Counted from the first letter of the whole stretch, positions 22,195 through 35,249 are shown. The stretch: 62,145 nucleotides of DNA, filler included, from Basidiobolus ranarum (GCA_040143965.1; 23 parts of 23 records of this genome joined end to end with filler, not necessarily neighbours in it); one strand, 5' to 3'. The notes: a model not told the origin generated them from the letters alone. Made by a program: numbers and translations.

Positions 22195-24175
22195 ATGCCA
22201 TTCAAAAAGCATTCCAAATCTAAATCAAAATCTGCTTTGAAGCCAAAGCCTATTTACACAAAAGGAAAAAAACCAGCAAAAACAAAGGACTTATTTGATG
22301 AGCTGTCTAGCAATCCACTATCCACTTTGGAAGGCATTAAAATGCCAGAAACTAAGTCAAATAATGATGAAGCATTAGACAATTTATTAGATGTGTTCCT
22401 TTCCAGCAACAGTGCAAGTGGAGAGATTGTAATACCTCAATTACATAGTAAATCAATAGTTGAGCAAATTTCAACCAAAACACCATCAAAACTATCAACT
22501 TCCAAAATAGCTACTTTGCCCACTATTGAACAACCCTCTGCAGACAATTTAGATAAAATTATTACAACAAGGGAGTCACAGGCAGAACACCATAACAATT
22601 TGTATGCCATCATAAGTAAAAACTACAAAGTTGCTATACAGGCCTTGACAAGTAATAATGCTGCAATATTGCAATTAATGCAGCATTTGGAAGCAACTGG
22701 TCACCAGTTAGAGAGACACTCAACAATGATACAAGACCTTCAGAATGCTGTACTTGAGCTTCAGCAACATGGTGCTCCCTCTGTCTATTCTCATATGGGA
22801 TTTAAATCAATCCCACACCATATGTATGAATGTCTCCATGACAATCTAGCAAAGCAGAAAATGTGTTGGACTGTTAAGCCTACACAATGATCTGAAATTG
22901 CTTGGGCACATGAAAATAGAAATCTCATAGAAAACCGGCAAACTAAAAGACTGTGAATGTCAGAGCTGCCATCACTTGCTCCGATGATCAGTGGTTTGAC
23001 ATTTTGGAAACTATGTGGAATCTGGCCCAAAATCACCTGGATTGGAGCCAATTGTGGAAAAACCAAAAACTAGGCGTTATTCTGCAGGTTCTTGACTTAT
23101 TTCATGTGGCTTATCCTGGGTTTTTGCAAGTAAATGGCACTGGGGTTAGTATTGGCCTATTTGTGAAACATCACAAAAATGTATGCAATTATCAACTTGA
23201 AAAAGAAAGAACAGCAGCTAAAGAAGTATTCAAGGAGCAGGAAGTTAGAAAACCCAGGTGAAAAGCAAAGGAGCCAGTGAGTTTAGGCTCTACTGTACCA
23301 CTTAACAAATTCTTCACACCATTACAAAGATCTGCATTTCTGGAGTTAGATATACTGGCAAAAAAGCTTAATTTCACCATAAAACTAGATATGCCAGTTA
23401 GAAGAGTGCTAAATCCACTAGTTTATCCAACACCTGGCACCTCTCAACAAGCCAAAACACCAGCAAATAAAATTCATGACTCTTCAACCTTAACAGGTAC
23501 TTTCCAAAGTGTTGAAATTAGCACCAAAGTTAAAGGCAATCAAAAGACCACACAAACACCACAAAGCACCCTGAGTAGTTTCACACTACAAGAATGTATG
23601 AAAAGAGTAAAAGTGCTTGAGGGATATTTTCAAAAGTATGAAGGGAAAAACACAGTGCAAGTATGCAGAAAGTGGCCTCAGAAGAACATTCAACTTCACA
23701 TTCAGTCTGGTTTTGACCATGCAGATTTCTGGGAAGAACTTAATACAGAGTGGCACAATATTGCAGGGTATCTGCCAGATACCTGAAAGAATGTTGATTC
23801 AGCAATGTTAATACAATGGTGGGCTTTGATGAAGATATTCATATAAACTTGTAGGATATGAGTTAAACCTTGGGTATGAAGAACTCTATAAAAGTACTCA
23901 GGAGAATATATAAATGAAACTATGGATTTCAAAGGTGACAAATTAGCTTTCAAATGGTAAATGTGTAGCATTTGAGTTACATTTTTTGCACATATGTTGA
24001 TCCAAAGTTTGCTGGGATTGTAGCCGATCATGTGCAACTACCTTGCAAGATCTCAAAATATCACCCCTGAAACAGAAATAATTGATTAAAATCAAATCTA
24101 GCTTGAAGATTTTGTGATGGTAAGTAAAAGGTCAATCCAAAATGAATTAAAATAGTGATGGCTATCCTACAATAA
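22195..24175 (+). mobile_element. CMC accessory ORF (~22195-23930; stops and a frame change) plus degenerate left-end region
   Basis: ORFs 22195-22890, 22953-23261 and 23277-23786 are colinear. Homologous copies at 27133-27400, 39750-40107 (-), 44960-45957 (-) and 49277-49843; those at 27133, 44960 and 49277 run toward a CCCTAACAGAAAT end. Confidence 0.8.
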
Positions 24176-24425
24176 CAGACTTGTTCCATCGGACCAGGTC
24201 AGATTGTGCTGCTCGATCCAACCTGCTGGTACACCATCTGGCGCGATCTGTCAATTACCATGGCTGGGTCCTATAACACTCGATCGGACACTATAAGGAA
24301 CAATATGGCACTATCCCACCACAATNNNNNNNNNNNNNNNNNNNNNNNNNNNNNNNNNNNNNNNNNNNNTTAATTAATTAANNNNNNNNNNNNNNNNNNN
24401 NNNNNNNNNNNNNNNNNNNNNNNNN

Positions 24426-24783
24426 AAGTCACCAGACTTTCAACATCAACCAGATGGTTTTGTGGATCCTGAGCATCCTGAGGATGTGTGTAAGCTATAA
24501 AAATCACTTTATGGACTTAAACAATCACCCAGGGCCTGGTACACTAAGATATACATATACTTGTAATCACTTGATTTTCAAAAGAGTATGATGGATTTAG
24601 GGATCCACTTTAAGACAGATACAGACAGTAAGATGATACTTGCCTTATATGTAGATGAATCGATTATAGCTACCACTAATGATGAAGCTCTCAGAAATAC
24701 TAAAGGAGATCTATCAGTCCAATTTAAGATGATCAATTTTGGTGAAGTTATGTATTTTTAGGTCTGCAGATCCATAGAGATAT
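24426..24783 (+). mobile_element. Copia RT fragment
   Basis: QPDGFVDP, LYGLKQSPRAW, LALYVDE. Confidence 0.9.
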
Positions 24784-25307
24784 TGTCATGATTCTAATCT
24801 TGGCATACTGATCCACTACAAATAGAACTCCTCTATCATTAGATTATGACATCATATCTGCTATGTCATCTCTTCATGGAAATCTTGTGTTAGTTTGTCC
24901 AGATTACCTTATATGGAAGTCATGTTCTTTGGAACATTCCATGAAACCTAACCAATCATGTCATCCCACACATAGTGTATTTCTGCCAAGACCTTCCATG
25001 GAAGGTCACCTGATCATCTGTACATCATCCCTCTTTGTATTGGTCATGGTAGCCCCCAACACCCCGACGCTCAAACTTGCCACAGTATATTCCCTATTCA
25101 GTATATGATGTTTCACCTTGCAATATCTATATAAGCCCCATGTATTCCTTGGTCAGACCTCAGTCTGATCAATGCCAGTTATCAATAAAGATTCTTGCCA
25201 AAGTATCTTCCTTGTCCAGTCTTGTCTTGTGGTCTACAACCAGTACTCTCCTACTTTCTAGCCTCTTGTTGTTGTTCCCAGTCCTTGTCCAGTTTCTTAT
25301 TGTGACA
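24784..25307 (+). repeat. Solo LTR family C (524 bp, TGTCA...TGACA)
   Basis: 5-bp terminal inverted repeats, TATATAA and AATAAA signals; second copy at 28201-28734 (-). Confidence 0.85.
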
Positions 25308-26076
25308 TTCAGATGGTAAACTTGATGTATTGAAATTGTTTAGAAACAGCTTATAATAAACCAAAATTGTCATCTATTACTAGATATATCTTGTAAATTC
25401 CCAGATGACTCAGCTGTGCACCATCTCAGAATCAGCTGATGATATTGATGGGCTATATCTAAAATACCACCCTTATGTAGGAGGTATTCTTTTTTCTACG
25501 ATATCCTTCTCATGCCCCAACACAAATGTTTAAAGAAACCCACTATTAATGTCACAAGTTCTTGTGCTGTGAAAACCGCAGGCTTCATAGAAAAAAAATC
25601 ACAAGCATAGTCACTGTACAAAGCCTGGTGAATATCAGCAGTAATATGTGCACAAAATCATCTTTAGTGTTGCCCACTGACTCTACTGACTGTTCTTTTC
25701 CTCAAAGTTTTGGTAACACTACCAAAAGTCAAGACCTCATGGAGTTACCACAGTTATATGACCAGATTGACTTTGTTTGCACCAGTAAATCCAAACAACT
25801 TTGAGGACGTGCAGGTAGATGGTGACCTGGGTTATTCTAGTCCTGATGGCAGTATATCAGAAGTTGAAGAAGGAGATGATGGTTTTGTTATGGACTCTTT
25901 GTTATTGGCAAACATTAGTCTACACATAATGCTTACTGTAAAGGAAGCAGCTTTGACTATTGTGGAGTGGAGAGTTCAATCCACTCTTAGCATACAGGTG
26001 TGTATTGGCTTCCTTCAACTTTTATCACAGTTGATTGGCAACTGTTGCTTGCTACAGACCTGGTACAAGTGGAATA
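25308..26076 (+). mobile_element. CMC divergent intergenic region and transposase N-terminus (ATG ~25512)
   Basis: Homologous to the reverse complement of 21715-22190; continues into ...KEAALTIVEWRVQSTLS...QTWYK. Confidence 0.8.
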
Positions 26077-27032
26077 TGCTAAAGTATTTGGGAGCCTGTT
26101 GGAAGTGGTTTGACAAGTTAGAGAAGTAGGTGGTTTTTACTTGTTGATTTATTGAGTAGAGAGTTGACATTTATAGTTTTGTCAAGATGCAAATAAGCTA
26201 CATGAAGAATGTGTTAAGGAAGGTCCCAGGAACATGAGTGCAAAGTTTGGGGCTTCTGGCACAAGTTTGAAGATCTATATATCTGAGAACTTCTAAGTTG
26301 GTAAAAATAATCAATGCAAAATCTGATTGAGAATAATATATAATATCTTAGTGAATTATAAGATAACCAAGTACCAAGCTATATATGACTATGTAGGTGT
26401 TTAGGCAAAGCTAATTTCAACACTCTCCTTCAATTCAATGGTCATATAAAAATCCTAATAAAGGTCCGAATTTCTCAAATTTCTGCCTAGCTAATGTTTT
26501 GGCTAATATATCAGCAATCATATCTTCTGTAGAACAATAAGTTAAGTCAATATGCTTATTCTCTATTGTCTCTCTAATAAAGTGATGCAAAATATTCACA
26601 TGTTTGCTTCTATTATGAAATAAGGGTTTTTTAGCTAATTTGAGACAACTTTGATTATCTTTAAATATTTTAGTTGGTGAATTTTGAGAATATCCAAAAT
26701 CTGTTAACAGTTATCTTAACCATATTGCTTCTTTTGTTACCTCACAGGCAGCCATGTATGCACCTTTGTTGTTGCATGTGCTATGGTAGGTTGTTTCTTT
26801 GAATTCCAAGAAATAGCTCCATGACAGCAAAGTAATAAATATCCTGTTGTAGATCTCCTGTATTCAATATCTCTTCCCAAATTTGCATCTGAATATCCCA
26901 TCAGAGCAAAATTTGATCCCAAATATGTGTATTTTAAGCATAGATCCACAGCACCTTTCAAATATCTGAAAATCCACTTAACTGCTATGATTTGATCAGA
27001 TCCATAATTTTGAAGATATTGGCACATAACTC
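26077..27032 (-). mobile_element. Copia family A 3' end: RT/RNase H, PPT and 3' LTR-A (26077-26422)
   Basis: IFRYLKG, GYSDA, RRSTTGY, ISWNSKKQ; GAAGGAGAG tract before the LTR. Confidence 0.92.
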
Positions 27033-27132
27033 NNNNNNNNNNNNNNNNNNNNNNNNNNNNNNNNNNNNNNNNNNNNTTAATTAATTAANNNNNNNNNNNN
27101 NNNNNNNNNNNNNNNNNNNNNNNNNNNNNNNN

Positions 27133-27668
27133 GAAAGTGGCTTCAGAAGAAGAACATCCAACTTGAAATTCAGTCTGGTGTTGACCATGCAGATATCTAG
27201 GAAGAACTTAATACAGAGTGGCACAATATTGCAGGGTATCTGCCAAATAGCTGGAAGAATGTTGATTCAGAAATGTTAATACAATGGTGGGCTTTGATGG
27301 AGATATTGATACAAACTTGTGTTGGGTATAAGCTAAAACTTGGGTATGAAGAACTCTATAAAAATATTCAGGAGATTATATCAAAGAGACTAGGGATTTT
27401 GAAGGAGACAAATTAGTGTTCAAGTGGTAATTGTGTAAAATTTGAGTTACATTTTTTGCACATGTGTTGATCCATAGTTCTCTGAGATTGTAGCCAATCA
27501 TACGCAACTTTTTTGCAAGATTTTGAAATTTCACTCCTGAAACTGAAAAAATTGATTAAAATCAAATCTAACTTGACAATTTTATGATGGTAAGTAAACA
27601 GTCAACCCCAAATGGATTAAAATTATGATGGTTTTCCTACAATAACAATTCTCAAATTTCTGTTAGGG
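27133..27668 (+). mobile_element. CMC accessory ORF 3' part and left terminus (...ATTTCTGTTAGGG)
   Basis: Homologous to 23670-24170 and to the reverse complement of 15989-16190. Confidence 0.87.
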
Positions 27669-27686
27669 AAATATAGGTGTAGGAAT

Positions 27687-27916
27687 TATTGGGAAAATAT
27701 GGGCTGTGTGGAGGAACTTTAGAAAAAAGGAGTTGTGAATAGCTTTGTGAGATAATTATTTATTATCCAGAAATAAAGCATTTATACATATTAATGAAAA
27801 TACAGAAAAACTAACACTGGGGTTGTGTTCAAAACATCTGTGGGAGTAAAATGAGCTATTTTTGGGGCAATTTGGACAAGTTTGAAATTTCTAATATGGA
27901 ATTGCTAATTCTCACA
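27687..27916 (-). repeat. LTR-like repeat family D (~230 bp, TGTGAGAATTAGC...CCCAATA)
   Basis: Other copies at 46058-46170 (+), 59549-59723 (+) and 61977-62145 (-). The 5' end resembles LTR-A/B (TGTTGAAATTAG). Confidence 0.75.
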
Positions 27917-28200
27917 TTATTTACATATATATAATTTATGTTCCAATTTTCAGCCAAGTGATACTTGACTAAGTAATGTTAACTAACTTATATGTTATAT
28001 ATGAAATAGTTAGGTGTATAAAGATAGAGATAATAAATATGATAAAGATAATAAACTTCAACAGGAATACCATAAGAAAATGGGAGGAAAAAAATGCTGG
28101 TAGAGAAACCTTTAGAATCTTGTTTCAATACCAGCAGAACACTATTATAAATAGTAAGAAGATAGTATGAAATGCAAATCTGAATTGTTTTTTGTTAGGG

Positions 28201-28734
28201 GAACTGGACAAAGACTGGAAACAACAACAAGAGACTAGAAGGCAGGAGAGTACTTGGGTGTAGACCACAAGGCAAGACAAGACAAGACTGGACAGGGAAG
28301 ATACTTTGGCAAGAATATTTATTGATAACTGGCTTTGATCAGACCTCAGTCTGATCAAGGAAAATGGGGAGCTTATATAGCTATTGCAGGGTGAAACATA
28401 ATATACTGAATAGGGAATATACTGTGGCAAGTTCAAGTGTTAGGGTGTTGAGGACTACAAGGACCAATACAAAGAGGGATGATGTAAGGACAATGTAAGG
28501 ATGATCAGGTGACCTTCCATGGAAGGTCTTGGCGGAAATGCACTATGTGTGGGATGACATGATTGGTTAGGTTTCATGGAATGTTTCAAAGAACATGACT
28601 TCCATATAAGGTAACCCCAATGAACTAACACAAGATTGCCAAGAAGGGATGGCACAGCAGATATGATGTCATAATCTAATAATAGAAGAGTTCTATTTGC
28701 AGTGGATCAGTATGCCAAGATCAGAATCATGCCA
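28201..28734 (-). repeat. LTR-C copy, truncated at one end by a TTTTTGTTAGGG (CMC-type) terminus
   Basis: Aligns with 24784-25295; TTTTTGTTAGGG ends at 28200. Confidence 0.85.
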
Positions 28735-28836
28735 CCTGCCTTTTGTATTAAAGCTAGAAAAATTATGTACAATTCTGCTGTTTGATCTAATATCTGGAGC
28801 TCTTTGTGTTGTAAGTCCATGATCAATGAGAGTACA

Positions 28837-29739
28837 TGTTAAAGTATTTTGGGATCCTGTTGGAAGTGGTTTGGAGAAATAGAGAGATAGGTGGTTTTCA
28901 CTTATTGATTATTTAGTAGAAAGTTGACATTTATAGTTTTGTCAAGATGTAAACAAACTGACATATAGAATATGTTAAAGAAGGTCCCAGGAACATGTGT
29001 ATGTGCACTTTTCATAAGGCTCAAAATGACTGATCTCAGTGAACTGACATACTATCTTCAAATCCAAATTAAGATAAATAGAACTACCAAAAGGGTAACA
29101 TGAAACCAGTCTATGTATATTCTATATATACTAGAGAAGTTTAAAAAGGAAAAATGTAATCAAGTATCTATCCCAATAGAGACAAATCTTAACTTGACCA
29201 AAAATGGCTCAAATCATACATTCTTGGATTTAATTGAAAGCCAGAAATATCCTTATCAATCTATGGTTGATAGTTTGATGTATATCATGATTGGAACATG
29301 GCCAGATATTAGATATTCTGTTGGAGTTATATGCCTATTTCTTCCAAATCATTGATATAAATAAATCATAGCAGTTGAGTGGATTTTGAGATATTTGAAA
29401 GTAATTATTGATCTGTGCTTAAGATACACATATTCTGGATCAAATTCCAATCAGATGGTATAATTAGATGCAAAGTGGGGAAGAGATATAAAAGACAGGA
29501 GATCTAAAATAGGATATTTGTTTCTATGCTTTAATGGAACTATTTTTTGGAATTCAAAGAAACAGCCTGCTGTATCACTTTCAACAATAGAAGCAGAATG
29601 TATGGCTGCTTGTGAAGAAACAAAAAAAAATATGGTTATGAAAGCTTCTTACAGATATAAGCTATTCTCAAAACTTATCACAAGTATATTTCAAGATATT
29701 CAAAGTTATATTGAATTAGCTAGAAATCTTATGTTTCAT
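28837..29739. mobile_element. Partial LTR-A (-, 28837-29000) fused to degenerate copia RT/RNase H (+)
   Basis: YPYQSMVDSLMY..WPDI, WNSKKQPAVSLSTIEAE. Confidence 0.88.
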
Positions 29740-29839
29740 NNNNNNNNNNNNNNNNNNNNNNNNNNNNNNNNNNNNNNNNNNNNTTAATTAATTAANNNNN
29801 NNNNNNNNNNNNNNNNNNNNNNNNNNNNNNNNNNNNNNN

Positions 29840-31028
29840 ACACAGTACCAAGATATGGATGCTATTTCTCGTTGTTATGATGTAAATACTGTGATTTACT
29901 ATGCATTTTTAGAATTCCACTGATTCCAAGCAAGTATCTATCTTTTTGTACCATGTGCTGGGTGCTTGCTTGAGTCCATATAGCAATTGGCACAGTTTAC
30001 TGACCAAATCAGAGTGTTTTGGGTCAAAAAATCCATCTGGTTGCTCTATATAGATCTCTTCTATATTTCTATTGAAAAAGGCTAAATTAAATCCATTTGA
30101 TGTAAATTAAGTTTATGGATGGCTCAGAGTGCCTGGATTAATCTGATGGATCCAAACATACCTACAGGAGCCAACATCTCATAAATATCATCTTCTGGAG
30201 TCTTGGAATAACCTTTGGCAACTAATCTTGCTTTTTACTGTTGCATGGTTCCATCATCTGAATTTTAGACTTTGTAGACCTATTTACAACCTGTGTGCTT
30301 TCTTCCCAATGACAGAGGCCTTAAGGCCCATTTTTTATTGTGCTAAGGCAAAGAAAACTCATCAGAAGTTTTTTTTCCCACACTTTTGATTCTGGACACT
30401 CCAGAGCTTGATCTCAAGTCAGTACCTTGGCACAGAAAGCTGCATAATCATAGGCATTATTGTTGGAAGAGTTCCACCAGCTCCCTGGCTCATGCTTCCT
30501 TTTGGATGTCCTTCTAGGTCCTAAATCAACCTCTGCCATAATTGGAAATATGCATTTTCTGCTTTTGGGTTCCATTTTAGTGTATTATATAGATTGAATT
30601 AGGCAATATGCTTTGCAACCAAAGATCTTGAGAAGATCCACACTTGGTTTTGATCCATATAGGGCTTCAAACAGAGTAGAATTTTGTAGCAATCTTGTTG
30701 GGCATCAGTTATTGATATAGACTGCAGAGGAGACAGATTCAGCCCAATGTTGATAATCTAACTTTTAATCATGTAACATTGATCTTGCCATCTTCACTAT
30801 GTTCTTATTAGCTTGTTCTGCACCTCTATTTTACTGGGGAGTATATGGTACAGTAGTTTGTTGCTTAACTCCATCTTCAAACAAAAATTGGCAAAGTCTT
30901 AAGTGCAGTATTCTCCACAATTGTCACCCCTTAGTAGCCTTATTTTTGGTGTTAGACTTGCTCTGCCATTGCTTTGTAGTGTTTAAACACAATTATAGCT
31001 TCAGATCTTGATTTGCAAAAGAATACCC
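29840..31028 (-). mobile_element. Degenerate copia integrase-RT
   Basis: Minus-strand TVPYTPQ, WAESVS, ARLVAKGYS, EQPDGF, LYGLKQAP. Confidence 0.88.
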
Positions 31029-32445
31029 AGTTGAAATTAGGTAAATAGCAACTCAATATTTCGTAGTTAGTTTATTCATATTCTGATTATTTAGCTTTCA
31101 ATTATGCCATTCAAAACATGTGTTTATTGCTCTAATTGATAGAAATATCAATTAGATCACTTTCACCAATTTACACTATTTTCTCAAAACTTCACCAAAT
31201 CACCTCAAATTTTTAACCATGCTTAACAGGCATGTTTGTTACAATCTATGCATGTCAAATAAGTCTAATTTATAGTAAACTTTAAATAGGACATATTCAA
31301 TTCAATAAAGCATATATCCAAATCTTGTCTAAAACATTACCAAATCCCTTATACACTTTTATCAGGTTATGAGCCCCAAACTAGCTGTTAAAGGAAAACC
31401 TACCAGTACTATTACCAATGTTTTTGCATCCACAGAGAAGTTTGACGGTGTATACTTTCACCTTTGGAAGTTCAAGATGCAATTGGTGCTAGAAGACACA
31501 GACCTTTGAAGATTTGTTACAGGAGAAGATATAGCATCAGAGGGACCACCAAAAGCTATACTTGCCTTTCACAAGAAGCAGATGAAAGCACTCTCTACAT
31601 TTTGTCTTCAACTTAGAGACTCACAGTTGAGGCAAATACAATCAGCCAAAAACATTCAAAATGTTTGGGAAACACTTGAGGGAATATATGAGACTAATTG
31701 TCTGGCTAATAGGCTACATCTTAGGTGAAAATTGTTCTCAATTCAGATGAATTTTGATGATTTCATGCTTAATCATATAAATCAGATAAAAATATGGCAG
31801 GTCAGCTCTCATCCATTGCAGCACCTCTAAATGAAGATGACTTAGTCATGATACTACTTGGAAGCCTGCCAAAAGAATTTGAGAACCTCATAATTACCCT
31901 AGAATTAAGATCTGATCCATTAACAATGTAATATGTTGATGCAAGGTCCTTGAATGAGGAATAAAGGAGATATAATTCTCAGCAAAATGAAGCCAAACAG
32001 GCATTTTTTGAAGCTGTAAAACATCAAACATGCTTCAGTAATGGTGCCCTTAACATGCCCTTAATAGGAAATCAATCATCTGTAAGTATTGCAAGAAATC
32101 ATGCCATTTAATCAAAGTTTCCAGAAAAAGGATTTTTGCCAAAAAGATAAAATTGGAACAAGCAAATCAAGTAAGAGCTGATAGGGTTCATCTACTTGTA
32201 TCTACCCTATCAGTAACTACTAAAGAAGACTCAAAAATGTGATACATTGATTCAGGAGCTTCCCAGCATATATCAAACAAGAATGATTGGTTTTCCAGCA
32301 TAAACCAATCCAAACAAGGAGAGTCTATATAAGGGATAGTTATGCACTAGATGCAGATGGTAAGGGTGAAGTTGTGCTCAGTTTGTTGAATTTGGGTAAA
32401 TAGCCACTCATTATTTAGGAGTGAGCTTATGCATATTCTGATTAT
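31029..32445 (+). mobile_element. Copia family B 5' end: LTR-B 31029-31364, PBS 31365-31377, gag-protease from 31369
   Basis: ...TTTTATCA GGTTATGAGCCCC; EKFDG..FHLWKFKMQLVLED; LLGSLP; IDSGASQH. Confidence 0.92.
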
Positions 32446-32545
32446 NNNNNNNNNNNNNNNNNNNNNNNNNNNNNNNNNNNNNNNNNNNNTTAATTAATTA
32501 ANNNNNNNNNNNNNNNNNNNNNNNNNNNNNNNNNNNNNNNNNNNN

Positions 32546-33130
32546 AAACTTTAAGATGGGGAATCAATGGTATGTAAGCCAAATATGAACAATATTTACC
32601 TGATTCAGTGATTGCCAATTGTGTGCAAACAGTACATGACTTCAGGTTTTTCAGATTACTGGTGAAAGCCAAACAACCATTTAGACATGAAGGCAGTTTA
32701 ATTACTGAAGGATTATAAGTCATACAATTGACAAGTGTTTTCTACTTGTACCAGGTCTGTGGCAAGCAACAGTTGCCAATCAACTGTGGTAAAAGTGTAA
32801 GAAAGCCAATAAACACCTGGTTGCTAAGATTGGATTGAACTCTCCACTCCTCAAAAATCAAAGCTGCTTCCTTTACTGTAAGTGTTATGAGTGGACTAAT
32901 GCTTGCCAATAACAAAGAGTCCATAACAAAACCATTGTCTTCCTCTTCAACTTCTGATATACTATCATTGGTACTGGAATAACCAAGGTCAACATCTAGC
33001 AGCAAGTCCTCAAAGTTGTCTGGACTTACTGGTTTGACCAAAGTTACATTTTAACCTACATCATTCTGGTCATATCACTGTGGTAACTCCACAGTATCTT
33101 GACTTTTGGCAGTGTTACCAAAACTTTGAA
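32546..33130 (-). mobile_element. CMC transposase N-terminal fragment
   Basis: KLPSCLNGCLAFTSNLKNLKSCTVC...YLAYIPLIPHLK matches the C-x-N-x-C...C-x2-C...Y-x-PLIP pattern of CACTA/Tnp2 transposases. Confidence 0.82.
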
Positions 33131-34973
33131 TTTTAGCTAAAGATATACAACTTTGAATATCCCTAAAAGTTATGGTGGGTGAACTTTGAAAAATGCCCAA
33201 GGCTTTGAACAGTTTCCTTAGTTACATAGCCTGTTTTGTTGTATGTGATGCTGCCATGTACTCTGCTTCAGTTGATGAAAGTGCTATAGTGGGCTGTTTC
33301 TTGCTATTCCAAGATATGACTACTTCACTATAGAGAAATGTATATCCAGTGATAGATCTTCTGTCCTCAACATCACTAAACCTAATCAGATCCTTATTCT
33401 CATAAAAATAGGTGTACCTTGATCACAGATCAATCATCCCCTTCAAATATTGGAAAATCCACTATACTGCTGCATAATGCACAGATCCTGGGTTTTGCCC
33501 AAGTCGGCAAACTACTCCATGGCAAAAGAAATATCTGGGCAGGTTACAGGCATGGCATAGCCCAACATATCTATCATAGATCAATTAGGAAACTCAGGGC
33601 TTTCAAATGACATATTTTGAGCCGTATTTGGCTGATTTTCATCATTTTGATGGTATTTTTGACTATTTTCACACAAGGATCCATGGAAGTTGCTACTGGC
33701 TTATAAATATTCATCCTGTAAAGTCTGAGAATGTCTGAGATGTATTTTGATTGATTCAGAGTAATAGATTTGCTTAATGAATCTGTATGGATCTACAAGC
33801 CCAAAAAATACACAAGTTCATCTAAATTGGTCATCTTGCATTGGACTGATAGATCTCTTTTTCTGTTCATGAGAGCTTCATCATTATTTGACACTATAGT
33901 CAGATCATCTACATATAAGGCAAGTATCACCTTACTGTCCATATCCATCTTAAAGTATATTCCAAAATCTGCTGTACTCTTTTGAATATCAAGTGTTTCT
34001 AAGTAGGTGTCTATCTTAGTGTACCATGCCCTGGGTGATTGCTCATCCACAAAACTATCTAGTTGATCCTTGAAAATATCCTTGTACAAATCCCCATTAA
34101 AAAAAGCAGTTTTAACATCCATTTGATAGATTTTTTAGCTGAGTTTTGCTGCTACTGCTAGTATGGTTCTGATGGAATCTAACTTTGCCAAGAAGCAAAT
34201 GTTCTGTTGTAGACCACTCCATTCTTTTGAGAGTAACCTTTGGCCACAAGTCTGGCTTTATATCTTTCTACAGATCCATCACCTTTCTGTTTGACTTTAA
34301 ACCTCATTTGCAACCAATTGATTTTTGGTCATCAGGTAACTTAACCAAAGTCCAACTTTGTTGTCTATGAGTGACCAATTCTCCTCTGCCTTTGCAGCAC
34401 TACAAAACCTTGTGTTGGGACTCTCCATAGCCTCCTGTACTACATGGGTTCATCAGAAGAGGCCAAATTAGCACTAGGCTCCTTTTGGCTTGTGTGACAA
34501 TAGCAATCAGGTGGAGATTTCATCCAACTGGACCTCCTAAGATGAGAAACTGGCACTACAGCTTCTGGTACCAATTTAGGCAATAAAACCACCTTAGGCT
34601 TAGTTGAGGAGACTGCAAGTGAGTAATTTTCAATGTTCTTCTCACTGATCAGGAGCAGGTAAGAGAAAGAGGAATTTCCATCAATTTTTGGTTGTTTTTC
34701 TTGATCTGAATTGTTTCAATTGAACATTTTTCTTCTTCAGCAAATTCCATGTCCCTTGACTTGATTAGCCTCTTCTTTTTCAAGTCATATGGTCTGTACC
34801 CTTTTGTTACTTCATAATATCCCCACAAAAGACATTTCTGGCTTTTTTGGGGTAATTTTGATCTCTTCCGGTCTGAATCATTGCATATGAAGTACTTCCA
34901 AAGACTCTGAGATTAGTCAAATCAGGTTTACCTCCAAACCAAGCTTTAATAGGTGTTATAGCTAATAGAGACC
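33131..34973 (-). mobile_element. Degenerate copia integrase C-terminus, RT and RNase H
   Basis: MDVKTAFFNG, SPRAW, LYVDDL, RSITGY, SWNSKKQ. Confidence 0.92.
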
Positions 34974-35149
34974 CCCTAACAAAAATAAAATCGATTTGAT
35001 CCGGATCGGATCCACCCTTCGAAATAGCAAAACTGTCAGAGAACCATCACAATATTGCTGGCTTGCATTCTGCCAGGGATTTTGATGGTGTGACGGCGGT
35101 TTCTTGATGGTACCTTAATGGTATTCATACATGTTAAAATATTGATCCT
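34974..35149 (-). mobile_element. CMC right end, reverse orientation
   Basis: CCCTAACAAAAATAAAATCGATTTGATCCGGATCGGATCC... Confidence 0.88.
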
Positions 35150-35249
35150 NNNNNNNNNNNNNNNNNNNNNNNNNNNNNNNNNNNNNNNNNNNNTTAATTA
35201 ATTAANNNNNNNNNNNNNNNNNNNNNNNNNNNNNNNNNNNNNNNNNNNN

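Noticed and set aside
24863-25319. ORFs repeated in both LTR-C copies (also 28125-28655)
   Set aside because: They lie within an LTR; similarity reflects the DNA repeat, not protein conservation.
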